Shown: piece after piece, positions 36,942 to 50,158 of the stretch
Position numbering within the stretch: position 1 is the stretch's first letter
Layout: every line of letters begins with the position of its first letter
Assembly: GCF_006345805.1 (NCBI RefSeq)
Contig: NC_042997.1
Location: 87,606,001 to 87,670,000 of the forward strand
Direction of reading: 5' to 3'
DNA: 64,000 nucleotides
Source of the DNA: Octopus sinensis
Lineage: Eukaryota
Notes under the pieces: generated by a model
The model's input: the letters and a program-made list of their open reading frames with translations, nothing else
The model's database searches: none
What the model was told of the DNA's origin: nothing
Position numbers and translations under genes: made by a program

Positions 36942-39900
36942 CTTTATATATGTTAAATCATGGTTTACCTTTTAAATTACCTACTACTGTATACCTTATA
37001 ACAAGGACCATACATACTGAGGTAATATCAGGAGTGCCTGTGGATATACATTTATCCCTTAGATGGTTACATTACCTCTAACTTATATAGTACACTATAT
37101 ATATATATATATGTAGAGACTCATTAAAATCCCTATATAGTTTATACATATATATATATATATATATAAATAAATCATATATGGATTTTAATGAGTCCTG
37201 ATATGTTGGGTATTAACATATTTATAATGTTTTTATATGTATTTCAATTTGTCTTGTTATGGTTAATAACACACCAATTATCTTGTAGATTTAAAAATAG
37301 CTTAGTTAAGTGTATAAACCCTGAGGAACAGCACAGTACCAACAATGAGATACAAACTGTTACGTATGTTGGAAGACTTGTATCTGAGGCAACAGATTTT
37401 TTGCACATAATTTTTTTCCTCTTCCAGAACAAATTTCCTATAGAACCACACATTGCCATTTTGCCTTCATAATAAACTGCAAGAGATCAAATTGAACATC
37501 AACAAAAACAATAATACATGTTAAAAATATGCATTCAACACTAAGGAAAATATTTACAGCTATCAATATATATTTATATAAAGCTGTATGGGCAAAGAAA
37601 ATATTGCTTTATTTTATATTATATAGCTTTATTTTAGATAATATATGTTTATTCTGTTAATTATAACTTTATTTTTACTAAATATATTTTTACTTGTTAC
37701 TGTACATATTTTGTTGATAGTAGAAGGATGGAAGTAGAAAGAAATGTTTACCATTACACTGATGACTTCAGGACCATGTGATATTAAACAAGTTAAACAA
37801 TCTTTTCCTGGTTCCTATTGTTCAAATTAATAGCACAACAATGTTCTCCTCAAATTCATTTAGATTAAATTGTTTATCAAATAGAATACTTCTGCTGGAT
37901 AAAGTTATATTCAGCTTACTTAGTGCATTGGCTGCAAACCATGGAAATCTTATACTGAAGCAATTAAATGTTGTTGTTGCTGCTTATTTGCAGATCTCGA
38001 TGACTAAAGATGTTCCATCTGGGAACGACCTATTATTCGTCACTATATTCAACATTAGTTGTTACACCTAGCAAAACAAATGACCACCCAGAGGTATGTT
38101 TGAAATACTGCTACTGCTGAGTATCTAGGGGTTTGTGGTGGCACAGAACTGTTGCTATCAAAGCTGTTATTGGTGTTACTATTTCTACCATTGCTACTTG
38201 TGTAGACAATATAGCAATGACGTTCAAGTGGCTGGTGACAAAATACTGTTGTAATTGCTAGTATTGCTGTTGCCAGTTCTTAAATATATTCTTTTCATAT
38301 ATTCTTGTAGATATTTCCTTGGAAACAGTGACTACGAGCCAGTTCAATTCTTAGTTGAATTTAGTTGAGTTAGATCAATGATGCCTTTGGGAAATGTGAA
38401 AAAACTAAAGCAAATAAAATAATTTCTTCTCATTTCACCACTGTCATTGTTGCTTGTACCTGCTTCACAAGTGATTTGAAGAGAGGCCAGATACTAAATA
38501 AAATAATTTCACCACAGTGGAGTTGTACTGGCCATCTAAAACATACATATATCTTTAAATCTACTTTTTATCACTTTTTTGACAATAATCTATGGCATTA
38601 AGTATTAAAGTCTTTTATTATATATTTATGACTTGGTCATTGATATTCCATTCCACTGAATCTGTTAAAGTCTGTTCATGGCTAGTTCTTACAGGATGAT
38701 AGCTTCAATATATTTGAATTTCTTTGCTTTCTTTTCTCCATCTATTTCTCCATTCCTCTCTTTCTCTTTTCCAAACTCACATACTCTCTTATTCACCTTC
38801 TCTTATTCCATGTTTTTCCCTTACTTTTTCTCTTTTACAGTGTCTTATGATATAGGAGTTATTTCTTTGCTATATCAAAGTTCCTTCCATTTACATTGCT
38901 TTAAACCAATGTATTTACAGGCTTATGCCTCTGTAGCAAGCTACCTTCTAATGCAATAAATACACTTAATCAAATTACTGTGCCATTGCAGTTTTGAGTT
39001 TCAATTAAATTAATAAAGATTTCTTTTGATTAAGTACAAGACATACTTTCCAGGTAAAGCAGTTTGATAAAATGATTTAGCTACAGTAAATCAACAGGGG
39101 CTAATTTAATTAATATTATGCTTATTATGATGGAATTACTGACACTTAGTTTATTGAACTTTGCGAAATGAATTATAAAGTTGATAAGTATAAAATTTCA
39201 ATCTAGAATAGCAAATCACTGAACTAGATCACAGAAAACAGCAAGTGGATGCTGGGATAAGCTGCAACATATCTATCTTACTACTCTGTGACCGATATTA
39301 TATATAGGAATATGTGGTCACATCAACCTAACCTATCACTAATACTCAAACAATTTCCTCTCTATCAATAGCCTGGAGGTTGTTTTCCTAAGTTATGACT
39401 TAGGTGATTCAACAGAAAATAATAAATCTAAGATAGATAATTTAATCTTAACTGGATTTAGTGTCAAATCCCACCCACTGCATTTAAATTAAATATTGAA
39501 TAATTAATCAACTGGAAAGTATTTGAAACAGCTCTCTATAAAGTTGAGTTTGAATATGTTGTTTGATTTCAAAGAAATATGTAATTAATAATGGAACAAA
39601 CTAATTAGCTTTCTGAACACCTACTCTTAGAAACTGATGTGTCTTCAAATTCTAATTCTGCTTTGATGTAAGCCACCAATAAAACAATAAACAATAATAA
39701 AAACTATTTAAGATTTTACTTTTCATTATATGCAAATATGTAGAAACTCATTGATAAATTTATCTCTGCTTTTCTTATGGTAAGAAGCTAAAATCAGTGA
39801 AGTATGTTAACATTCAAATAATTAAAGATTGTAAAGTAGAATTGAGAGTTGTAGATGGCTGAGTTAAAACGCAAAAACTTCATATGGTACTGGTTCATTG

Positions 39901-40268
39901 AACTAATTCTTTAACTTGTGTAGCATTATATCCTTGACAAAAATAATTGACTCACTAAGTTTCGGTTCACTTAATAGTGAAGAGGCATTCTTGAAAGACA
40001 AAATTCTCGCACTTAAGAGATAGAAAGACAGTAGGATTAGTGAGTGTTTTGTTAGCTTTCAGTGCTGAGCTTAAATACTCTAAAGAATTTAGTAAATGGA
40101 AGAGAAAAACCATGGCAAAATATCTTGTATCACTCTATGAAGAGAATTCCTGTTGTATTAAGATAACCTCAACATGTCATGGTAACATGTTACTTTTATG
40201 TTAATAGAGAAGCCGAATCACAAAGTGGATATAGTTTTGAGCCACTAGGTCTTAATTCATGAGTTTAA

Positions 40269-41179
40269 CCCTTTAGCATTCAAATTACTCAGTCAAATGT
40301 AATACTTATTAGACTACCCATGATCTGTTGGGTCACTGGGGAAATCTGAGTTTCCCAGCAATGGAGTTTTGTTTTGTGGGTTTTTTTTCTTTTCATGTTA
40401 TTTTGCATGCTTTCAATGAATGTGACATCGAAATCACTTGTAAACGGCTCCTTTCCCCAGAAAAGGAAAGATTTGGCTGCTATTTCTTGCACGCCCTGCT
40501 ATCACGTAACAGGTATTTTGGGTCCTTTATCGCAAATAGTTGTTACGTGGTAGCAGGGCTTACCAGAAATAGCAGCCAAATCTTTGGAGGTGAGATACGT
40601 TGAATGTACTTGAAAGAAACCTATGGAAAAAAACTATTTCACACCGATGTTACAAATGGGTCTTTTATGAAATATTTACTGTATTTTTAAAGTCATTTTC
40701 CCTTAAAAATATTTTGCCTATCATAATGGGTCTAATGGAAAGGTTAGAGTTTCTTCCCTCTCAGGGTGAAGTTATTTTCGGAGTATTTTCCCATTATGAA
40801 CTGTTTTTGGTATTTATACCACAAAAACCCACAAATCTCAATAACTACTGGTCCGATTTATGTGAAACCTGTTTTATTCCATTCATATTCACATTTCAGT
40901 GTCACTTTACTTTCAAAGTATTTTCCCATTATGCACCAGTTTGGCTGTGTAACATTGCAAGCAAGCAAGACTGAACCTCACTTTTAATACTATATAGATT
41001 TATTCACCTTCTTTTGAATTGAACATGCACAATCTTGTAGCTTTGAGATTTTGATGATGTGATTGTGCATTTTTAAAATGACATTATAGGGTAAGCTATC
41101 AGAAGCCAAAACCGACCATTTTGAATATAAATCAAGTAGAACATTTTGGCCAGATATGGCCATTTTAAATACTAAGGGG
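40269..41179. mobile_element. piggyBac-type MITE (family 1, opposite orientation) carrying a ~680-bp insertion
   Basis: TTAA at 40265-68 and 41180-83; TIR ccctttagcattcaaa / ttaaatactaagggg. 40269-40310 and ~40995-41179 align to the reverse complement of 34351-34549. Confidence 0.78.
40467..40585. repeat. 119-bp long hairpin (inverted repeat)
   Basis: Perfect 21-bp arms aaagatttggctgctatttct / agaaatagcagccaaatcttt plus inner 19-bp arms gccctgctatcacgtaaca / tgttacgtggtagcagggc. Confidence 0.9.
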
Positions 41180-42061
41180 TTAAATACACTGCAAATATTC
41201 AGGATTGTCTGGGAAATGTTGGATACATTGCATGTGATAGACTGACATTGTTTTTCAGAGGGATAGAACTAAGAGTTGAAGCACCAGGAGGCTTTTAATT
41301 TGCATTTACATATTGTTGACAAGTGTCACTGAGGCTATATCTTGTCATAGTTTTCTCAGTGTATTACTGATATAAAGCATCAAATCTAGCATCTATATAA
41401 TTTATAATAAGCCAAAATTGCATTTTGAACTTGAATTCATCTTTAAATGTGGTGCAAGATATGGCTGAATATAAATTAAAATATAGTTTATTTTTTATCA
41501 CTCTTCATGTTGTATGGTTAAAAGTAATGAGTGTAGAAGAGCTTGAGGAAATAGAAATAGCATTGAGGTGTCTGGGAAAAAGATCATGTGCTTCATGCTG
41601 CAAATGCCAGGAAAGATGTGATAGGAAAAAATTTGAAAGGCCACAAAGAAGTCGATATAATAAAATGAATGCCAAAACTAAAATAGAAATCATCAACTGT
41701 TTGGCTATCCATCCATGCAGTAACATACAGATTCAGTGTGATAAATTAGAAGCCAAATAAGATTTAAAAACTGAATGAATGAAAAAGTACTCTTTTTGCA
41801 TACTCCAGGAAAAAAAAAGTGGGGCCAAAATCTGGAATGCATTGAGGATAGACTAGAATAGAAAACCTTTATTGCCATTTGTAGCTATTTGTAGCTATTC
41901 AAAATGTGGTAGAATATGAAAGATATATAGAGAAAATAAGTGGTTAAGACAGATAAGATAAGAGAAAGTAATAGTGTTTACCTGACAGGCTAGATTTACT
42001 GAAAAATATGCAAAGAAGGAAACATTATGACTAATGAAAAGTAGTATATATATATGTACAG

Positions 42062-42093
<32 letters not shown>

Positions 42094-42711
42094 GTAAAGT
42101 AAACATGGTTTTAGAAGGTAGATAGTAGAACTGTTGATATGTCTGTACGTTCATACAGTAAGATAAGAGCTCTCTATAATTGTCAAAATTATAATAATCC
42201 TGAGTTGAATATCTGGTAAAATGGCAAACTCCTCTGATAAAAAAAAAATTCATTGGCAATATCAGTATGAGGAATAAGCATATGAAATAGGAAGATTTGA
42301 TAAAGTAAAAGTCAAATGCTGTTGTAATAAAAGTTATTACTATTGCTAAGTAGAAGTGAAAGCATTTGGGTCTCAGTTGGTTTCAACAATGTGTATTTAG
42401 TTGCTCAATGAACTGGTCATTGAATTTGCAAGTAGGTATTTGAGTATTTCATAAATATGTGCATTATTGCTGTGAACTCCAAGCAGAATCAGTGTAGCAC
42501 AGTATATGACAAGCTTTTTTCTTTGAATCACAGGTACAATTCAGCTAATAGATTTCCACACTGTTCCCTTCTATCAATTTCACTTATGAGAGTTAAATCA
42601 AACCAAGGCTATGATGTTTATGTGTTGGGATCAAATTTTGTTATTGTGTAGTAAACCTTTCAACCATTCAGTCTAGCAGCAGCTGTATGCAAAGTTTTCT
42701 ATGAAGGTGCA

Positions 42712-42960
42712 TGGCTTAGTGGTTGAGGTCTTCAGCTCATGATCATAAGGTTGTGTGCTTGGTTCCTGGCGGCACATTGTGCTCTTGAGTAAGACACTTT
42801 ATTTCACATTGTTTCAGTTTGCACAACTGTCAAATTTAAGTTGTACCTGTAATTTAAATGCCCACTCTGTGTCATACTGAATCTCTCTGAGAACTACATT
42901 AAGGATATGCATGTCCATGGAGTGCTCAGCCATCTACATAGGCAGGATGTTCCATTGATC
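42712..42960 (+). mobile_element. tRNA-derived SINE, family C-like head with different 3' part, decayed
   Basis: gcatggcttagtggttgagg...ggttcc...gtgctcttgagtaagacactttatttcacattg. Confidence 0.6.
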
Positions 42961-44179
42961 AGAACACTAGCTGGAACCCTTGTTGTCATAGCCAGTGGAG
43001 TTCCAGTTTATACACTGTTTTCCTGCTTTAGGTTATATGAGACGAGTAAAATTGTGTATTTTGTCCATAGGCACAAATGCAAAAATTGTGACAGTTTTAA
43101 CTTGAGGTTAAATGTATCAAATGTATCAACTGGACACATTTGACAACTAAGAGATGTTGAGATAACATCACAGCATATGTCGGTCTTGACATGATTTCCC
43201 TGAATGTTCTTGCCAAAGATTGAATATTATGGTGGCAACTATATCCTGTTGGTGTACATTCTACTGCAGGTGGAGATAGCAGGAAGTGAGTTCAACTTGA
43301 GGTATTTGAGCCAAATATAAAGTTTCTTAACAATAAGACCATAATTATCTTAAAAATTCGAGATTATCAGAATACCAGATAATTCAATAAATAAAGATTT
43401 AATCTGAGAATATGTCAGAAATGTCATTTTGAACAAACATAATTTCCTTCTGTTGTATTAAATTAGATAGCATGTTATATTAAATTAGATTTTTGCTCCA
43501 CAGAAATAAAAATAAGCTAATTGGCATTAACACCCAAGAATGCAAATGTGTGTTATTCTGAAAGCTAACAATACACACAAGGTGTCATATTATAAACTTC
43601 GTGTTATTTTCATTTATAAATATGTGTTTTATCGTAATCTTTCTTAAATCAATGATGACATCGTTCTATTTGATATCTCTCATAGAAAAACATGTCAAAA
43701 GATATATTAAAAAACTGCTTATATTAAGAAGAGTTACAAAACCCAGTGGGTTTCTAGTACCCCACGGATGATTTCTTTTTTATGTAATGTATCCATGGAA
43801 AATCAATTTGATTTTCTCTAAGCTATACTCAAAGGGTAATACACATTCAGCACAGCCAACAAATAAGTTACTTGTCAAATTTACATTACTACTGCATTTC
43901 TATAATAAATTGTTCCTTTTTACTGAAGTAAAAGAACTTTTTTACTGAAGGTGAAATAAACTAACTGAGTTACAGTGCTTAGTCTTCAACGAAATGTGGT
44001 GTTTGTGACAGGATATGAACAAACAAATGCTTGGTCAGTTTCTCACTGCACTATCAATACTTTGCTATTTATATTGCTGCCTTTTGTTTCTTCTTTTGTG
44101 TTTCTTTATCTGTCTGTCTGTCTGTTTGTTTATTCTTTGTTTGTTTGCTTGGTTTCTTGTCTTAAAATTTATCAAGGAA

Positions 44180-45165
44180 GAATAACTGAGTGTGGAAACT
44201 ACAGAGGTTATTACTCTACTATCAGCTGCTGTCAAGGTTCTGGCAAGTATTCTTCTTACCTACCTGGATAGGTGTCTTGTAAATGATATCCTATCTGAAT
44301 CTTGGTGTGGTTTCCAATCTGGAAGAGGTATGATGGATGTGATTTTCACAAGACATGCAAAAGTGCTATGAGCAGAATATGGATCTTGTCCAGGTATTCA
44401 TTGATTTAATCAAGGCCTTTGATACTGTGAATAGGGCCTCCCTATGGAAAATACTTGGATGTCTGGATTATTTTGTATCAATAATCAAATCATTTCATTA
44501 TGGGGTGGAGGCATCGGTCAATGTTGGTGGTGACATAGCAGGACCCATTCCTGTAGAAAATAGTGTCAAGCAGGGTGACATCCTTGCCCCAACTCTCTTT
44601 TCTCTGTAATTTGCTGCTACTCTTACTCATGCTTTTGCTGTGGACAGCTCTCCTGGGATGTATGTTAGGTATTGATCTTCTGGCCATGTTTTTAACTTGT
44701 GTTGATTTGCTGCCAATTCAAACATTTTCCAGTCTCTTATTTATGACCTCCTTTATACAGATGACTGTGACTTAGTCACTTATACAGCGGATGATATGCA
44801 AATACATGTGAATAATATTTCTGCTTCTTGCAAGGCATTTGGACTCAGCATTAGCCTGGACAAGACTGTTATAATGTTCCAGCGTGCACCAGGAAATCCA
44901 TATGTGGAACCAGCTATCTTGGTTGAAGGAACAATACTGAAAGTTGTAGACAAGTTTATCTGCCTGGGCAACACACTCAGCCATTCTTGCTCCCTTGATG
45001 ATGAAATATCTTTCAGGCTGCAGAGAGCAACTGATTCTTACAGGTTTCTTGAGTCTCATGTCTAGTCCCAACATGGCATCAGAAGGTGAACAAAAACTGC
45101 TGTGTACTGATATCGCTCCTTTACTCATCTGAGACATGGACTCTTTACAAATGCTATATTGCATC
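44180..45165 (+). mobile_element. RTE (BovB-like) LINE reverse transcriptase fragment, pseudogenised
   Basis: CGNYRG, CGFQSGRG, FIDLIKAFDTVNRASLWKILG, VKQGDILAPTLFSL, LLYTDDC, FGLSISLDKT, VDKFICLGNTLS across frameshifts. Confidence 0.9.
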
Positions 45166-45847
45166 TTCTATAAAACAAAAAAAAAATTGAAGTTTCTTCA
45201 CACAGTATGGTCCCACTGTCTTAAGAACAATATTATATGATAGAAACTCTGATCCTACCCCCAAACAAAATTATAATCCTAGTCCTAATTCTAACCCTTA
45301 TTCTAAGCCTGTATTTCACCTTATGTCAAAAGCTTGAAGTTTACCCCATATGAAATGCTCTCACTGCTATGTGACCAATTTCTACATGACAATGGGCATT
45401 GTAGTCCTATTCCAAACTGACACATGATATGCCTAATGCACTGAACATGTGAGTTCAGATTCAAATATTTAATTAAGTACCTTAGAGCTTAATATGGTCT
45501 AAAAGAGATAACATACAATAGAAAAAAATAAACTGACTTTGTCAGAGAAGAAATAGTAGTGCCAACATCATTTTTCAGAGCCTCCAAGACTAGCAAAAAG
45601 AAAGGCAGAAGTTATCTTCAGACCAGATACTTGCCTAAAATACTTGCAATAGATTGGACTTTGCTAACTAAGCAATAAAAAAAAAAACAGATCCTTCAGG
45701 GGAACACTTGGTAAGGTCACACATCCTGTTAAAAATAGCAAATCTATCTCAAATTACACCTTATAATTTAAGACAGGTATGCATTAGCTAATGTGAACTG
45801 ATCTTAGATATACTTCTGGAAGATGCAGGTCTCATTTATAAGTGCAA

Positions 45848-46010
45848 GTATGGCTGTGTGGTGAGAACCTTGCTCCCCAACGGCATAGTCTCAGGCTCAG
45901 TCCTACTGCATAGCACCTTGGGCAAATATCTTCTACTATACCCTTGGGCCAAACAAAGCTTTGTGAGTGGACTTGGTAGATGGAAACTGAAAAAAACCTG
46001 TCGTATATAT
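45848..46010 (+). mobile_element. SINE family A head (5' half of a split SINE)
   Basis: Head module followed by TG/TA core; matching tail resumes at ~48620. Confidence 0.8.
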
Positions 46011-46041
46011 GTGTGTGTGTGTATATATATAAATATATATG

Positions 46042-46091
<50 letters not shown>

Positions 46092-46109
46092 ATTTTATTT
46101 TATCGAAGG

Positions 46110-46160
46110 AGCTTCTACAGGACTAGAACTGTTTCATTCAAAAGAAATCATCAGGAAGCT
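46110..46160 (-). ncRNA. Type I hammerhead ribozyme (inverted copy)
   Basis: Exact reverse complement of 48451-48501. Confidence 0.78.
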
Positions 46161-46419
46161 AGGTGACAAGAGTAGTTTTGGCATTTATACATTTAGGCAG
46201 GTTTAAAGGGGTGGTGGTGGGGGACTTTTTGGGGGTAGGCATGGCGCAAACTATCATTCTTAGGGGAGTGGTCAAAGGAATTGGTGGTAAAGTAGATAAA
46301 AGAATAAATAAAAGAATAAAAGAATAAATAGAAAAATAGAGTTTTAGGTAAATAAGGAGACTCTCACTTATACATATACATATATATATACATACACATA
46401 TACATACATATATATACAC

Positions 46420-46450
<31 letters not shown>

Positions 46451-46571
46451 CATGTACATATACACATACACACACACATACACATACGTATACATATACA
46501 TACATACATATACACACGCATACATACATAGACATATACAATGTGTATGTATATATATATATATGTATGTG

Positions 46572-46612
<41 letters not shown>

Positions 46613-47251
46613 GCTTGTGTGTTTATGTATATGTAGGTATGTAGAGTTATGTATGTATGTATGTATGTATATATACATATGTGTAAATAGGTATATATGT
46701 GTATGTTTATATGTATGCATCCGTCTGTATAATGGGTAACTGCATGTATATATATTTATTATTTATTATTTATTATTTGAGTATGCATGTATGTATATAT
46801 GTATATGTTTGTATGCATGTATGTATTTATGTATATAAGGAGGCGCATGTGTGTGTGTATGTGTATGTATGTGTATATGTATATATATATGTATATATAT
46901 ATGTATATGTTTGTATGCATGTATGTATATATGTATATATATATGTATATATATACATGTGTGTATATATATGTGCGTGTGTGTATATATATGTGTATAT
47001 GCATGTATGTATGTGTATGTATGTATATATATATGTATATATATACATGTGTGTATATATATGTGTATGTGTATGTATGTGTATATGTGTATAGGTATAT
47101 ATGTGTATATGCATGTATGTATGTGTATGTGTGTACATGTATGGACTGGTTGGGTTTCTTTTTTTTATATATGTAGATAGATATGCGTGTGCGTGTCTAT
47201 TAGTATGTGCTTGTGTGTATATATACATGTATGTAGGTATGTATATGACTG

Positions 47252-47296
<45 letters not shown>

Positions 47297-47722
47297 ATAT
47301 ATATATAGGTATATGTATATATATATGTATGTGTATGTATGTGTATATGTATATATATTTATTTGTGTATATGTATGGACTAGTCTTCTGTGGGTGTATA
47401 GATATATGTATGTATGAATATAACACGTGTGTGTGTATGTGTATAAGTGTACGTTTAAGTGTGTGTGCGTGTGTGAGTGTTTGTGTTCGTATCAGTGAGT
47501 AGAAAGATAGAAAGGAAGGGAGTAGAGCAATAAATGGACTCTTTAGACTATCCCTTGGGACGAAATCACTTCAGTGCTGGGCTGGCTGACCGAGGTCAAG
47601 ATAATAATAAAAATAAAAACAAAAGAAAAAATAAAATTAAAATAAGGGAATAAATGTGTGTGTATGTGTGTGCATGTATATGCATATGTATGTGTGTGTG
47701 TGTATATATATGTGCGTGTGTG

Positions 47723-47758
<36 letters not shown>

Positions 47759-48450
47759 TATATGTATAGGTATGTATGTGTATGTATGTATATATATGTG
47801 TATATGGGTGTGTGTATATATATGCGTATGTATGTGTATATATATATATATATATGGATATGGGAGCGTGTGTGTATGGGGGTGTATATCCCCCTTTATT
47901 TATATTTTTATATATTTTTATATATATATATATATATGTATATGTGTGTAGACATATATAAGTGTATGTATGAGTATGGGTATGGGCGTGTACGTAGATA
48001 CATGTATATGGGTACATATGTACATGTGTATATGGGTGTATGTGTGTATGTGTACGTATGTGTATGTGTATATATGTATATGTCTATGTATGTATGCGTG
48101 TGTATATGTATGTATGTATATGTATACGTATGTGTATGTGTGTGTGTATGTGTATATGTACATGTGTGTGCATATATATATATATATATATGTGTATATA
48201 TATGTATGTATATGTGTATGTATATATATATGTATATGTATAAGTGAGAGTCTCCTTATTTACCTAAAACTCTATTTTTCTATTTATTCTTTTATTCTTT
48301 TATTTATTCTTTTATCTACTTTACCACCAATTCCTTTGACCACTCCCCTAAGAATGATAGTTTGCGCCATGCCTACCCCCAAAAAGTCCCCCACCACCAC
48401 CCCTTTAAACCTGCCTAAATGTATAAATGCCAAAACTACTCTTGTCACCT

Positions 48451-48501
48451 AGCTTCCTGATGATTTCTTTTGAATGAAACAGTTCTAGTCCTGTAGAAGC
48501 T
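48451..48501 (+). ncRNA. Type I hammerhead ribozyme
   Basis: Stem I agcttc/gaagct (6 bp), CTGATGA (48457-63), stem II t-ttc-tttt-gaa-t, GAAA (48476-79), stem III acag/ctgt with 8-nt loop, GUA site (cleavage after 48495). Closing pair of stem II is U.U rather than G-C. Confidence 0.78.
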
Positions 48502-48583
48502 CCTTCTATAAAATAAATTAATTTACTCTGCTATGTATTGAGTACCTTATTTACTGTGGTTAACCCCGACTCAACCCGGGACC

Positions 48584-48619
<36 letters not shown>

Positions 48620-48855
48620 TATCTATATGTGTGTATCTTTGTGTCTGTGTTTGTGCCCCCACCATTGCTTGATAACCAATGTTGGTATGTTTATGTCCCC
48701 ATAATTTAGTAGTTCAGGAAAAGAAACTGATAGAAATAAGTGCTAAGCTTACAAAGACTAAGTCCAGGGATCAATTTTTTCAACTAAAACCCTTTAAGGT
48801 GGTGGTCCAGCATGACCACAGTCAAATGACTGAAATGTGTTAAAGGATAAAAGAA
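48620..48855 (+). mobile_element. SINE family A tail (3' half of the split SINE)
   Basis: tttgtgtctgtgtttgtgcccccaccattgcttgataacc...gtcaaatgactgaaa. Confidence 0.8.
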
Positions 48856-49149
48856 TAAAAGAAATACTGTCAGAAAATAAAGACAGATGCCCATAACTGG
48901 AACACCTTTGGAACTTAGACCAGCCAAATGAAAGCTGATACAGGTGTACACAATAACCACCAGTACATGAAAACAGTTAGATAGTAGGGAAACAAGCAGC
49001 CTGCTGCTAGCTATGATTGTCTCACTGCACCCTATGCATGTTGGACTGCACCACACGAGTTTCTGTTTGGTGGATGCAAAATGCATCTGGAACAGTGAAT
49101 CTGTGGACTGCATATAATCTTTTGACCAACTACCTATGTATTATAGCTT

Positions 49150-50036
49150 TACTCTGCTGCCACCGCCACCATCACCACCACCACAACCACCACCACCACC
49201 ATCATGACCATGACGGCAATGATGACGACGATGATGACCACTACCATTACCGCCACCATCACGACCCCCATGACCACAATGACGACAATGACGTCGACCA
49301 CCACCACCACCATCATCACTGGCAGTGGTAACAATAACACTGATGGAGCCGCAATGTAGTCACTCTACCTGCTGAAAATAGTAACCAAATCTACTTCAAA
49401 TCACTTATCAGTATCTTGAAAAAGTACATGGCAGATAATGTGGTCAGGAATTCATTGTTCTGAAAGAATAAAATGCTACTGCAATTTCTAACATTACTAA
49501 AAGCAAACTCACCACCACCATCATTCATATCTCTGGCCATCACCACCATCACAATCACCATCATCACTATAACTACCACCACCACCTCCAACAACAACAA
49601 CAACAACAATAACAACAAGTGCAACCACAAAGACAGTAGCACTAATAACAACAACAACAACAACAACACAATTGTTATCATGATTAACCAACGATGTCAT
49701 CAAGTACCACAAGATTACCTGTATCCTTATTAGCTTTCTAAGTGTTAGCAAAGTCAGTAATCAGCTAAAAGTTCATATGACATCTATGTGAGCTTTTAAA
49801 TGAAATAAAAAACCTAATCAGGCCACTTAACCCTACTCAGTCAACAGCCTGGTCTGCCTGCCATTTATCTTAGTTAAATATGTAACATGAACCCTAAAGA
49901 CATTAGTCATGTAAATGGCTGGTCTAACAAGAAATATTGGCTGCAGTGTTAGAGAGAAAGAAGATCGCTGTTATGAACATATGATGCAAGTGGATGACAG
50001 CAGTGGTGGCAGTAGTGGTGATGATGACGATGACAA

Positions 50037-50070
<34 letters not shown>

Positions 50071-50090
50071 GCTGCTGATGCATACAGTAT
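49150..50090. repeat. Degenerate trinucleotide low-complexity tracts (CAC/CAT/GAC/AAC/GAT)
   Basis: Three tracts at ~49160-49330, 49510-49680 and 49990-50090. Confidence 0.85.
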
Positions 50091-50158
50091 GCTAACTAGA
50101 GAGAAAAAAAAGACAATTTGTTACAAAATGAAAGTAGAGAGTGATGTTTTGATGTGGA

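Larger units (their letters stand above)
46094..48585 (+). mobile_element. Young non-autonomous PLE-type element with inverted HHR-bearing arms and microsatellite body
   Basis: 46101-46540 is the reverse complement of 48075-48510 (one substitution at the outer end, 4-bp TA-length difference). Each arm holds an HHR. The right end continues with aataaa and a block homologous to other PLE termini. No RT/EN ORF. Confidence 0.75.

Noticed and set aside
5660-38030. Shared 13-mer tccatctgggaac (SIWE) at ~5665 (-) and ~38015 (+)
   Set aside because: Chance 13-mer matches are expected in 64 kb on two strands, and the homology does not extend.
47530-47610. tcccttgggacgaaatc as an HHR 3' half inside the young element
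   Set aside because: A hairpin plus GAAA is present but there is no CUGANGA upstream and no clear stem I; too degenerate to call.
46159-48452. Many long ORFs (YIYI/CVCV/HTHT-type; also 46159-46521 and 47970-48452 ending ...PKCINAKTTLVT)
   Set aside because: Products of TA/TG/CA repeats that lack stop codons; the shared ending only reflects the inverted arms.
49017-49751. His-, Asp-, Asn- and Val-rich ORFs
   Set aside because: Translations of degenerate trinucleotide microsatellites with no flanking coding context.
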